Assembly: GCA_031422435.1 (NCBI GenBank)
Contig: JANPLU010000016.1
Coordinates: forward strand, 1-64,000
Source: Acaryochloridaceae cyanobacterium VAR_48_metabat_390
GTDB lineage: Bacteria; Cyanobacteriota; Cyanobacteriia; Thermosynechococcales; Thermosynechococcaceae
Length of the DNA: 64,000 bases
Reading direction: 5' to 3'
The notes under the pieces were generated by a model. It did no database searches and was not told where the DNA came from. It saw only the letters and a program-made list of their open reading frames with translations. Made by a program: the position numbers and the translations under genes. Shown in pieces: positions 1 to 9,057 of this stretch (the first letter of the stretch is position 1; every line of letters starts with the position of its first letter).

Positions 1-141
1 CTGCCGCAACTGATGGTCGTGCAGCTCTCCGTAGATCGGCAACGCCAGGACGCGAGCCGCCGCGGCATCGGCGTGCGGAAACGCGCCGGCCGACGAGGGG
101 AGGTGCGCGAAACACGCCTGCCGGTGAAACGGCACCGGGTA
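1..141 (-). other. GC-rich fragment of a DegT/DnrJ/EryC1/StrS-family aminotransferase C-terminus; foreign to the rest of the window
   Basis: Minus-strand translation YPVPFHRQACFAHLPSSAGAFPHADAAAARVLALPIYGELHDHQLRQ matches the YPxPxHxQ...FPxA...VLxLPxYxEL pattern. Bases 61-120 are 45/60 G+C. Confidence 0.75.
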
Positions 142-1013
142 TCCTAGAAACCTCCTTAAAGAAGTTACCGATCATTGTGCAGGCGTTATCGTCCGGCTGC
201 TTACCAGATTTATTGACCTTACTAGACTGGGCGCAGCAGCCGAAAACAATGCGTTCTTCGCGTGAAGAGCGCCAGCTCCGTCGTCAGATGAAACAAACCC
301 TAGTCGAGCAAGGGTTTGCCGAGGATGCCGATGCAATCGCTAACCAGTTGAGCAAAATGGGCGTAACCGCTCCCCTCAATCCCATCCTTCCCCTACTGCA
401 AACTCCCAATGCCCCCCTGCTGCTTGAGGCTGTCTCTTCCCTTGTGACCATTCACAACAACAGCCAAAATATCCATCTGGCGACAGAAAATGCCACTCGA
501 ATTGTGTATTCTCTTAAGCGTTATGTTCATCAAGGCACTGCCGACCAGCCTGTGCTGGCTTCAGTGGCAGAGGGGATAGAGACCGTTTTAACCCTCTATC
601 AAAACCAAATTAAGCGTGGGGTTGAGGTAATCAAGACCTATTGTTATCATCCGCTGCCTGCTATTCTTTGCTACCCAGATGAGCTGCTGCAGGTATGGTC
701 AAATTTGATCGGAAATGCTATCCAGTCCATGAACTACCAAGGTCATTTAGAGATTGATATTTCTGAGCAAGGCTCACAAATTCTGGTTCAAATTACAGAT
801 TCAGGTGGCGGCATTTCACCCATTATTCAAAAGCAGATTTTTGAACCTTTCTTTACTACTAAGCCCGTGGGAGAAGGAACCGGATTGGGGTTGAGCATTG
901 TTCGCACCATTGTGAATAAGCATCAAGGCAAAACTGCACTAGAGAGCAAACCAGGTCGCACAACGTTCAAGGTCTGGTTGCCCATCCAAGGGCCTACAAG
1001 CCCAGAGGCTTAA
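141..1013 (+). CDS. Sensor histidine kinase, C-terminal part only (HATPase_c); 5' end including the H-box is missing
   Basis: N box (QVWSNLIGNA), G1 (DSGGGI), F (FEPFFTTK) and G2 (GTGLGL) are present. The frame reads ILETSLKKLPIIVQAL from 141; upstream of that the DNA is unrelated. Confidence 0.85.
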   Translation: MLETSLKKLPIIVQALSSGCLPDLLTLLDWAQQPKTMRSSREERQLRRQMKQTLVEQGFAEDADAIANQLSKMGVTAPLNPILPLLQTPNAPLLLEAVSSLVTIHNNSQNIHLATENATRIVYSLKRYVHQGTADQPVLASVAEGIETVLTLYQNQIKRGVEVIKTYCYHPLPAILCYPDELLQVWSNLIGNAIQSMNYQGHLEIDISEQGSQILVQITDSGGGISPIIQKQIFEPFFTTKPVGEGTGLGLSIVRTIVNKHQGKTALESKPGRTTFKVWLPIQGPTSPEA

Positions 1014-1037
1014 TTACTCATTAAGATTTTGAGTGCC

Positions 1038-2663
1038 CTAAAACGAAAAGGTTGTGCGGACATATCCCTGAATAAGCGTCGGTTGACCACGGGTGTTATT
1101 GGCATCGGTAATCACCATAACGCCCGGTGTGACCGAAATATTGTCATTCACGGGCAGACGGAAAAACGCCTCATAGTTCGTTTGAGTGGCATTATTAGCC
1201 CCAAAGGCGTTAGTTGCGGGCAAGTTATTGATGAATGGCTGTCCCACGGCGATCGCCGCCAGCGAACCAGGAACCAGTAAATCTTTAACGCCAACCCCTG
1301 CCATCCAGGTCTGGGCTGTAAAGTCTAGGGTTCCGAGGGGAGCGGTAGCAGTCCCGAAGGCAGACGCAGCCGAATAGCCATAGCGACCAAATAGACCGAA
1401 TTGCCCAACCGAAATTTCTACATTAAGACCCACCGCATTTTGAGCAACATCAAAGGTTGCAGCGTTGGTATATTGCAGTCGAACGGCAAAGTTGTTCTGA
1501 TCTTTTGACCCAAAGGTATCGGCATACTCCACTTCTGCCGTAGCTTGGTAGGGATCTCCAAAAAGTCCGCCCCCATTTTCGTTGGCGATCGCATTGCTGG
1601 CCCTAGCCGCCACATAGGCTGCCCGCAGGCTCACAGGGCGACCTTTGACTTTCCAATCCAGACTTGCCCCCGCCCCACCCAAGAAATTAAGCGCAAAGGG
1701 AACAATGAGCGGATTGTTAGAAAAGACGTAGGAGCCAAAATCGCTGTAGGCGTTATTGGCATAGCTATTGAAATCTAAAAAGTCACTGGGATAAACTTGA
1801 GGACCGACCGTCAAAGCCAAGTTTTCGGTCGGCTTAAAGGTGTAGGCGAGCCGATACAGAAAAGCATCACTGGAATATAGTGCCAATCCATTGATGCCCC
1901 GCGAGATAAAATAGGGCTGACCCGCATTGCCGGATGTATTGGGATAGTTAGTCAAACCCAAACCTACGCCTAAATCTTCGCCACTGTTACCCGCTGCGAT
2001 CGAGGTTTGTAACAAATCCGTACCGTTAAAGCTGGTATTAAAGTCTAGTTTGGCAACGGCTATCACAGAGGCTCTGGCGCTTCCCTGAGGGACGGAAGCC
2101 TGAGTTTCGGGGTTGATAAAGCCATCGCGGGCTGTATCGCCATACTGCACCATAAACACGGCTTTTCCCGACAGTTTGCTCGTGGTTGAAAACTGCTGAG
2201 CTTCTAAGGCTGCTGCTCTCGCTGCTAGGGCATCTACCCGACCAGAAAGAGGGGTAAGTTCGGCCTTAAACGCGGTCTGAAGAGCCTGAATCGTTTTTAA
2301 GTCCTCTGCACTCACGAGGCGATCGCTAATGCTATCTAAACAGGCGCTCAATAGAGCCGCCATTTCATTGCGGGTCACTGCGCGATTTCCTCGAAATGTC
2401 CCGTCGGGGTAGCCTGCAACGCATCCATAGCGCTGCACTAAAGACGTTAGGGCTTGAAATGCCCAATCCGTAGGGTCAATATCTGAAAGCTGAGAAACAG
2501 AGGTTACTTGCGCGAAGAAATCTTCATTCATCTCTTTCTGAGTCAGCGGTTGGAGCCTTTCCGTTTGAGACGTGCTGACCTCCGGTTGTCCGTGGGCAAC
2601 CCCCATAAAGCCAAAAATGGAGAGGAGAGACAGACCTCCAGCACACAGCATTAATTGCTTCAT
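1038..2663 (-). CDS. Cyanobacterial outer-membrane porin (SLH + OprB-like; iron-uptake/carbohydrate porin family)
   Basis: Signal peptide, QVTSVSQLSDIDPTDWAFQAL..LVQRYGCVAGYPDGTFRGNR SLH signature, QFSTTSKL, C-terminal RTTFSF. ATG at 2663 preferred. Confidence 0.92.
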   Translation of the reverse strand: MKQLMLCAGGLSLLSIFGFMGVAHGQPEVSTSQTERLQPLTQKEMNEDFFAQVTSVSQLSDIDPTDWAFQALTSLVQRYGCVAGYPDGTFRGNRAVTRNEMAALLSACLDSISDRLVSAEDLKTIQALQTAFKAELTPLSGRVDALAARAAALEAQQFSTTSKLSGKAVFMVQYGDTARDGFINPETQASVPQGSARASVIAVAKLDFNTSFNGTDLLQTSIAAGNSGEDLGVGLGLTNYPNTSGNAGQPYFISRGINGLALYSSDAFLYRLAYTFKPTENLALTVGPQVYPSDFLDFNSYANNAYSDFGSYVFSNNPLIVPFALNFLGGAGASLDWKVKGRPVSLRAAYVAARASNAIANENGGGLFGDPYQATAEVEYADTFGSKDQNNFAVRLQYTNAATFDVAQNAVGLNVEISVGQFGLFGRYGYSAASAFGTATAPLGTLDFTAQTWMAGVGVKDLLVPGSLAAIAVGQPFINNLPATNAFGANNATQTNYEAFFRLPVNDNISVTPGVMVITDANNTRGQPTLIQGYVRTTFSF

Positions 2664-2930
2664 AACCAAAATTCCACCCGACGGCGTTTTATCTACATGG
2701 TACTAAGGTGCCCAGATTTTTCTAAGGAACGCAAATGCTTACCCCAGACCTCTGTGCCCTTAAGCCATCAGAGACTATGACCCATTGGTGCCCGATTTTT
2801 GAGTTTGCAGTTGCGACCGATCGCTGTATGGGGTTTAGGATCTTTTCAGCTAAACTACTGATAGATGATTATCCGCCTTAACCCACGCGGCATTTCTTAC
2901 TGTCTACTCTTTTTCTGACACAAAACCTAT

Positions 2931-4031
2931 ATGGCTGAAGCCTATCTCCTTGACAAACTCAAATCGGTTGAGCAAACCTTTCACGAGCTAACTCGCCGCT
3001 TAGGAGATCCCGAAGTAGCCGTAGATCCAGGAGAGATTCAGCGGATTGCAACGGCGCGTGCTTCTTTAGAAGAGACGGTGGATACCTTCGACCAATGGAA
3101 ATCAACGGAGTCAGAACTCGCCGAGGCTCAACAGATTTTAAAAGAATCGGCTAGCGATCCAGAGCTGCGAGAAATGGCCTCGTTAGAAGTATCAGAACTC
3201 GCTGAGCGCCTAGCCTCTTTAGAAAACCATCTCAAGCTGCTGCTGCTGCCCCGTGACCCCAATGATGACAAAAACATCATGCTAGAAATTCGCGCAGGCA
3301 CTGGGGGCGATGAGGCCAGCATCTGGGCGGGGGACTTGGTGCGGCTTTACTCACGCTACTCAGAGACTCAAAACTGGAAGGTGAAGCTGATCAGCGATTC
3401 TCAAGGGGAAATGGGCGGCTTTAAAGAAGCCATTTTAGAAATTCAGGGCGATCGCGTTTACAGCAAGCTCAAGTACGAAGCGGGCGTTCACCGTGTCCAG
3501 CGGGTGCCTGCAACAGAGACTTCTGGGCGGGTGCATACTTCAACTGCAACGGTCGCCATTATGCCCGAAGTGGATGATGTAGAAATTCACATTGACCCGA
3601 AGGATATTGAAATGTCTACGGCGCGATCGGGCGGTGCAGGGGGACAAAACGTAAATAAGGTTGAAACCGCTGCCGACTTATTCCACAAGCCAACCGGGAT
3701 TCGGATTTTTTGTACCGAAGAGCGATCGCAGCTTCAAAACAAAGAGCGCGCCATGCAGATTTTGCGCGCAAAGCTCTACGAAATGAAGCTCCGTGAGCAA
3801 AATGAGGCGGTGTCTGATCTGCGGCGATCGCAGGTGGGTACAGGGTCGCGCTCTGAGAAAATCCGCACCTACAACTACAAAGACAATCGCGCAAGCGATC
3901 ATCGCCTCAATATTAACTTCCCGTTAGAGAAGGTTTTAGAGGGCGATTTAGAAACCATCATTCAGTCCTGCATCTCTCAAGATCAGCAGCAGCAGCTTGA
4001 GGAATTGGCCGTTTCTAGCGCTCAATCCTAG
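2931..4031 (+). CDS. prfA: Peptide chain release factor 1
   Basis: [14 protein letters not shown] recognition tripeptide, GGQ motif, SEKIRTYN. Confidence 0.98.
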   Translation: MAEAYLLDKLKSVEQTFHELTRRLGDPEVAVDPGEIQRIATARASLEETVDTFDQWKSTESELAEAQQILKESASDPELREMASLEVSELAERLASLENHLKLLLLPRDPNDDKNIMLEIRAGTGGDEASIWAGDLVRLYSRYSETQNWKVKLISDSQGEMGGFKEAILEIQGDRVYSKLKYEAGVHRVQRVPATETSGRVHTSTATVAIMPEVDDVEIHIDPKDIEMSTARSGGAGGQNVNKVETAADLFHKPTGIRIFCTEERSQLQNKERAMQILRAKLYEMKLREQNEAVSDLRRSQVGTGSRSEKIRTYNYKDNRASDHRLNINFPLEKVLEGDLETIIQSCISQDQQQQLEELAVSSAQS

Positions 4032-4065
4032 GGAACCTCAAAACAACGTTCTGCTAGCGATTCAG

Positions 4066-5082
4066 CTAAATGACCTCAAGAATAATACGGGTCGCGCGTA
4101 ACCTCTGGACAACGGGGTCGGTGTCCCAGTGAGCCAGCAAAAGCTGCTGAATCAGCTTAGCCGAGCGATCGCCCACCGGATCGCTCGTCAGCCCCAGGTA
4201 TACGCTGGCGCTGTGGTGAGAATCTGTACCAATAATTTGCATCAGGCTATCGGCGCGGTCAATGAGGTTACGGGCTTGGTTTTGTAGGTTACTCCAGAGG
4301 TTGACGTTGCGGAGATTGCTGAAGGATTCTGCAACATGATCTTGACGATGCTGAATCAGGATGGTCTGCGATCGCGCGGGGACAGGCAGATCTTCAAACA
4401 TAATGGCGGGGCCATAGCCAATAATCCGCAGTGCCTGGGTCCATTTTGAGTAGTCGCCAAAAAACTGCTGCACAATGTGAAGTGCCAAAGCCGTAATAAT
4501 CAACCCTTGACTATGGGCGACTACATAAACCTCTGCTCCTGTGCGAATAGCGTTCACAATTTCGTAGGCAAGGCGCAGGGTGGGGCGAGGGGCACCCGCA
4601 GGGTAGGTTCCGTAAAGGGTCGTTTCTAGGTCGTCCCAGCTTAGGGTCTGGAGGCTGGTTAAGCGTCGCAATAAGTCCATGTCTAGGGACGGTAGCCCCT
4701 TTGTAGGAGTCTTGGTCGCCGTTAAGATATCGGCGTTGGGTGCGAGAGACTGGTCACAGAGCGATCGCAGCACGTCTGCATAGCTTAGGAGTCGCTTTTG
4801 GCTGCTGACGGTTTTATGTTGAGGCCAGAAGCGATACAGTTCGGCTTTGCCCAACAGGCTTTCAGTTAGGTCTGCCTGGATGCCTTGAGTGCTGTTGTGA
4901 ATCCCAACGACATCAAAGGGGCGTTCTAGGGTAAGCCAAACTAACGCCTCTAGGTCACGGCGCTGTTTTGCGACATCGCTGGCAACTCCATTGACATGGA
5001 AAATGCGCTTGCTTTTGCCTTGAGGCAGTGCGGCATCATAAAGAATTAAGTGGCCGTCTTGGTTTATTTCAGGAACTGTCAT
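4066..5082 (-). CDS. Hypothetical protein, probable alpha/beta-hydrolase fold
   Basis: 338 aa ORF with VVAHSQG nucleophile-elbow motif and downstream candidate Asp (HRQD) and His (HHSA..Y). Confidence 0.6.
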   Translation of the reverse strand: MTVPEINQDGHLILYDAALPQGKSKRIFHVNGVASDVAKQRRDLEALVWLTLERPFDVVGIHNSTQGIQADLTESLLGKAELYRFWPQHKTVSSQKRLLSYADVLRSLCDQSLAPNADILTATKTPTKGLPSLDMDLLRRLTSLQTLSWDDLETTLYGTYPAGAPRPTLRLAYEIVNAIRTGAEVYVVAHSQGLIITALALHIVQQFFGDYSKWTQALRIIGYGPAIMFEDLPVPARSQTILIQHRQDHVAESFSNLRNVNLWSNLQNQARNLIDRADSLMQIIGTDSHHSASVYLGLTSDPVGDRSAKLIQQLLLAHWDTDPVVQRLRATRIILEVI

Positions 5083-5386
5083 TGTCTAATTCAGCTAAAT
5101 TAAAACTCAGAATATATTTTGTTGCCCATTGTCCTATTTCTTTATTTAAAGATATCGTCAAAGCGCGATCGCTTAACTTAAAACCCAGAACCAACTAAGG
5201 TTTGACGAAATTTATCTAGGTCTTCTCGCCAGCCAAATTACCTTCAATTAGACAAAAAATTCAATGCCCATAAGGGTTAGAATTTTAAAAACTGCGGTTT
5301 CAAAGTTTAAGATCTCTGAGGCTTTTTCAAGACTGCAAAGCAGTGCGCCCCATCAAGTCAATGTTTTCAGGGGGTGAGACGTGGAG

Positions 5387-5477
5387 TCTCCCAGAAGAAA
5401 AGGACTTCTTCTGGCTCCCCTCGCCCGTGCTGGGAAAGGGGCTAGAGGAGAGGATCATATTTGCGCAAGAAGTCAAT
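5387..5477. repeat. Degenerate cyanobacterial REP-like palindromic repeat
   Basis: Two hairpins CCAGAAGAA..TTCTTCTGG and CTCCCCTCGCCC..GGGAAAGGGG followed by GCAAGAAGTCAA; resembles the common CCCCTCTCCC..GGGAGAGGGG repeat family. Confidence 0.5.
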
Positions 5478-5618
5478 CGTCCTCCCATGTTAACAAAGCC
5501 AATACTTTCAATAACTTCTGGCAACATATCCCCCTAATGCCTCCTTATCCTTCTTAACCTAGGATTATCGTCTGTAAATCCATAAATTCATCGTTTCAAG
5601 AGATTGAGGGAAGATACC

Positions 5619-6896
5619 ATGCAGCTCTTTGCCGATGCCAGCCAGCGCCTTGAGAAAGCCCTTCAGTACGTTGACCTACCAGAAGATGCCCTCACCCACC
5701 TCCGTTCCCCAAAATCTTCTTTAACAGTTTCTATCCCCGTGCGGATGGATGATGGCGCTCTGAAGGTATTTCAGGGTTATCGGGTGCGCTATGACGATAC
5801 CCGTGGCCCCACTAAAGGTGGCGTGCGCTATCACCCCAATGTGTCTCAAGATGAAGTGCAGTCTTTAGCCTTTTGGATGACGTTTAAGTGTGCGGTGCTG
5901 AACCTTCCCTTTGGGGGTGGTAAAGGCGGTATTACCCTCGACCCAAAATCCCTTTCCAAGATGGAGCTAGAGCGACTAAGCCGAGGCTATATTGATGCGA
6001 TCGCCGATTTCATTGGCCCAGATGTCGATATTTTGGCACCCGATGTCTATACCAACCCCATGATCATGGGCTGGATGATGGATCAGTACAACGTGATTCG
6101 GCGCAAAATTGATCGGGCTGTGGTGACGGGTAAGCCTATTTCCATGGGGGGCAGTGCGGGGCGCGATACCGCAACGGGGCTGGGAGCATTTATGGTGATT
6201 GATGCGATCGCCCCACGCTTGGGTTTAATTCCAGCCGAGACCACCGTTGCTATTCAAGGCTTCGGAAATGCGGGCAGCATTCTTGCCGTGGAGCTGGCGA
6301 AGGCCGGATACAAAATTGTAGCGGTGAGCGACTCCCAAGGCGGCATTTATGCCCCCCAAGGCTTAGATATTCCGAGTGTTTTGCAGTACAAAGAATCAAA
6401 TCGCAGCATTAATGCGGTGTACTGCGAGGGCAGCGTGTGCAGCGTCGTGCAGCACACCACAATTTCTAATAAAGATCTTTTGGCACTAGACGTAGATATC
6501 TTAATTCCTGCTGCCCTTGAAAATCAGATCACGGAAGCCAATGCTCCTCAGATCCAGGCAAAGTACATTTTTGAAGTTGCCAACGGCCCGATCACGTCGG
6601 CTGCGGATGAAGTATTGGATCACAAGGGAACGCTAGTCTTCCCCGATATTTTGATCAATGCGGGTGGGGTAACGGTGAGCTACTTCGAGTGGGTACAAAA
6701 CCGAAGCGGTCTTTACTGGTCCGAAGAGGAAGTCTACAAGCAGCTTAAGCAGCGCATGGTCACAGCCACAGAGTCGATCTGGAAGATCTCACAGCAGCAG
6801 GGAATTTCGCTGCGAACCGCAGGCTATGTTTTAGCCCTGGAGCGCATTGGAGAGGCGATCGCCGCAAAGGGCACCCGCGATTACTACGTGCGTTAA
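5619..6896 (+). CDS. gdhA: Glu/Leu/Phe/Val dehydrogenase (glutamate dehydrogenase)
   Basis: GPTKGGVRYHP, LPFGGGKGG, VTGKP, IQGFGNAG, EVANGP, NAGGVTVSYFEWVQN. ATG at 5619 preferred over TTG at 5604. Confidence 0.93.
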   Translation: MQLFADASQRLEKALQYVDLPEDALTHLRSPKSSLTVSIPVRMDDGALKVFQGYRVRYDDTRGPTKGGVRYHPNVSQDEVQSLAFWMTFKCAVLNLPFGGGKGGITLDPKSLSKMELERLSRGYIDAIADFIGPDVDILAPDVYTNPMIMGWMMDQYNVIRRKIDRAVVTGKPISMGGSAGRDTATGLGAFMVIDAIAPRLGLIPAETTVAIQGFGNAGSILAVELAKAGYKIVAVSDSQGGIYAPQGLDIPSVLQYKESNRSINAVYCEGSVCSVVQHTTISNKDLLALDVDILIPAALENQITEANAPQIQAKYIFEVANGPITSAADEVLDHKGTLVFPDILINAGGVTVSYFEWVQNRSGLYWSEEEVYKQLKQRMVTATESIWKISQQQGISLRTAGYVLALERIGEAIAAKGTRDYYVR

Positions 6897-6906
6897 TGGC
6901 TCTAAA

Positions 6907-6942
6907 AAAACTGACGCATCCATGTAAAGATGCGTCAGTTTT
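6907..6942. terminator. Bidirectional intrinsic terminator between gdh and rbp
   Basis: Perfect inverted repeat AAAACTGACGCATC / GATGCGTCAGTTTT between convergent genes. Confidence 0.85.
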
Positions 6943-7025
6943 ACAAGCATAGAAAAGGATTAGAGATTGGCTCAATAACTAAAGCTGAGCTAACGTCATC
7001 TCACTTCGGCTAAGCAAGGACTCGT

Positions 7026-7349
7026 TTAGTAACGTCGTCCGCCGCCGCCGCCACCGCCACCAAAGCTGCCGGGGCGACCGCCGCCACCGCCACCGCCGCG
7101 ATTGTCTTCACGAGGCTTAGCCTTGTTGACTTTCAAAGAACGACCCATCCATTCAGCGCCGTCAAGTTCAGCGATCGCCTTTTCTTCTTCAGCGTCACTG
7201 CCCATTTCGACAAACGCGAATCCACGCATACGGCCTGTTTCGCGGTCTGTAGGAAGCTGAACTCTTTTTACAGAGCCATACTCAGCAAACACAGAAGTTA
7301 GATCTTCTTGCGTAACGTCATAGGAGAGGTTACCAACGTAAATCGACAT
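7026..7349 (-). CDS. rbp: RRM RNA-binding protein with Gly-rich tail (cyanobacterial Rbp family)
   Basis: RNP2 IYVGNL, RNP1 [22 protein letters not shown], poly-Gly C-terminus. Confidence 0.96.
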   Translation of the reverse strand: MSIYVGNLSYDVTQEDLTSVFAEYGSVKRVQLPTDRETGRMRGFAFVEMGSDAEEEKAIAELDGAEWMGRSLKVNKAKPREDNRGGGGGGGRPGSFGGGGGGGGRRY

Positions 7350-7918
7350 AAGAAAATTCCAGAGTAGAAGACAGGGTTAAGACTTGAGTAATGTGGCGAA
7401 GCATTTTTAACCGACTAGGGAGGATCCCCTTAACCAACAAAGAAGCTGTGCCATCAATTGTTCATCTTGCGCCCCATTGTAACTTAGGCAAAGGCATTCG
7501 CACTATATCCAGCGAGAGAAAGACGCTACAAAGATCTCAAAAAATGGATGCTAGAGTGCCAGAACCGGAGCGCCCACAACGGTTTAGAGAGCGATTGGGC
7601 AATGCACAAACCCCGATCTACAGCGTTGCAATACTTCAGAAATAGGCTTGTGAAAGGATCTTAGATAAAGTGACCCGCCGCGTTGTATATTAGCTGAGGC
7701 AATGCTTTAATCCTGATGCGATTACTGAAGCCCATGTCATCAAAGGGTAACTATCTTTAGGCTGTTTCAACGCAGCTTCAGGGTCTTAGATGAAGTTTTG
7801 ATAAAGGTTTGAACAATCGCCACTTCCGTGTAAAAGCGTTTCGATGGCAGTCGCTTAAGTACTTGTCAAGTAAATGCCTGTTAATGACAAAAAACACTGA
7901 AAACGTTAGGAGCGCACT

Positions 7919-8230
7919 ATGTCAATTGCGGTTGGAATGATTGAGACGAAAGGATTTCCTGCCGTGGTAGAGGCGGCTGATGCAATGGTAAAGGCAGCCC
8001 GCGTCACGCTGGTGGGCTATGAGAAAATCGGTAGCGGTCGCGTTACCGTCATTATTCGGGGCAATGTCTCTGAAGTACAGGCTTCGATCGCAGCGGGTGT
8101 TGAATCGGCGAAGCGGGTTAATGGCGGCGAAGTGCTCTCAACCCACATCATTGCCCGTCCCCACGAAAACTTGGAGTACGTTCTACCCATTCGCTACACC
8201 GAAGAAGTAGATCAGTTTAGAGAAAACTAG
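7919..8230 (+). CDS. ccmK: Beta-carboxysome shell hexamer CcmK (CcmK1/K2-like)
   Basis: [39 protein letters not shown]...[27 protein letters not shown] upstream. Confidence 0.97.
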   Translation: MSIAVGMIETKGFPAVVEAADAMVKAARVTLVGYEKIGSGRVTVIIRGNVSEVQASIAAGVESAKRVNGGEVLSTHIIARPHENLEYVLPIRYTEEVDQFREN

Positions 8231-8246
8231 GGCTTAAACCTTAAAG

Positions 8247-8291
8247 AAAAGCACCAGCGAACCTCAAAGCGTTCTGCTGGTGCTTTTTTTT
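8247..8291 (+). terminator. Intrinsic terminator after ccmK
   Basis: AAAAGCACCAGC...GCTGGTGCTTTT stem followed by a T-run. Confidence 0.85.
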
Positions 8292-8297
8292 GAGTAT

Positions 8298-8489
8298 TTA
8301 GAGAGAAAGTGCGCCAAAAGTTAGCGCAATCACAAAGGCCGCCAGAATGGGGATCGCAACAATCAGCGCTTCGGGCGGAATTTTAGCCGAGGGGCCTTGG
8401 GACTTTACGACAAAGAATACGCTTGTGAGTCCTAAAAGAATCCACAGAAAAGCAAATCCGAGAAAAAAGACGTAGGGTGATTCTTCCAT
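8298..8489 (-). CDS. Small two-helix membrane protein, hypothetical
   Basis: 63 aa with two hydrophobic stretches; same strand as the upstream GNAT gene. Confidence 0.6.
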   Translation of the reverse strand: MEESPYVFFLGFAFLWILLGLTSVFFVVKSQGPSAKIPPEALIVAIPILAAFVIALTFGALSL

Positions 8490-8557
8490 ATCTAAAGATG
8501 CTTTGCGTGCCTTCGTCTTGAACCCAATGAGTCTAGCACCTCAGTCTCTAGGCCGAA

Positions 8558-9022
8558 TTAATCCCTCTCTAGTCCCATTAAAGTCTGTCCCATTTTGAGA
8601 TGCATGATTCCCGCCTCTTGAAACGGTTCTCCAAGTGCTATAAATCCAAGCTGTTCATAAAATTTGGCAGCGGGCAGTTGGGCATGAAGCGTTAGGGTTG
8701 TGTATCCCTGAGAGCGGCTGTAGGCGATCGCCGTATGCACTATTTCAGCCCCAATCCCCTGCTGCCGATGGGGTTTTAGCACCGCTAATCGTTCGAGCTT
8801 AAGGCCAGAGGAGCCAGTCATTTCTCGCAAACGGGCAACGCCTACGCCTGCGCCCCTAACTTTAGCCACTAAGTGAATAGATTTTTGATCTAGTCCATCC
8901 CAATCTAGTAGGGGGTCAATGCCCTGCTCTTCATGAAAAACTGACGTTCTGATGGAGTGGATAGTGGTGCGTTCGTCATCAAATAAACAAGTTTTGATGG
9001 ATAGATCGGCGGATGGTTCCAT
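8558..9022 (-). CDS. GNAT N-acetyltransferase (ElaA/YjcF-like)
   Basis: IR..VF.EEQG, ERLAVL..HRQQGIG, LHAQ..A..FYEQLGF, GEPF.EAGI.H. Confidence 0.92.
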   Translation of the reverse strand: MEPSADLSIKTCLFDDERTTIHSIRTSVFHEEQGIDPLLDWDGLDQKSIHLVAKVRGAGVGVARLREMTGSSGLKLERLAVLKPHRQQGIGAEIVHTAIAYSRSQGYTTLTLHAQLPAAKFYEQLGFIALGEPFQEAGIMHLKMGQTLMGLERD

Positions 9023-9057
9023 GAATAATCTCGTGCCTTAATCCACTTACTGAACTC

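Noticed and set aside
5327..5537. Two short overlapping ORFs upstream of gdh
   Set aside because: They span the palindromic repeat and show no protein-like features.
7040..7100. GCC/ACC trinucleotide runs
   Set aside because: They encode the poly-Gly tail of Rbp; not an independent repeat.
7391..7645. 84 aa ORF between rbp and ccmK
   Set aside because: No recognisable motif or RBS; it lies in a divergent promoter region.
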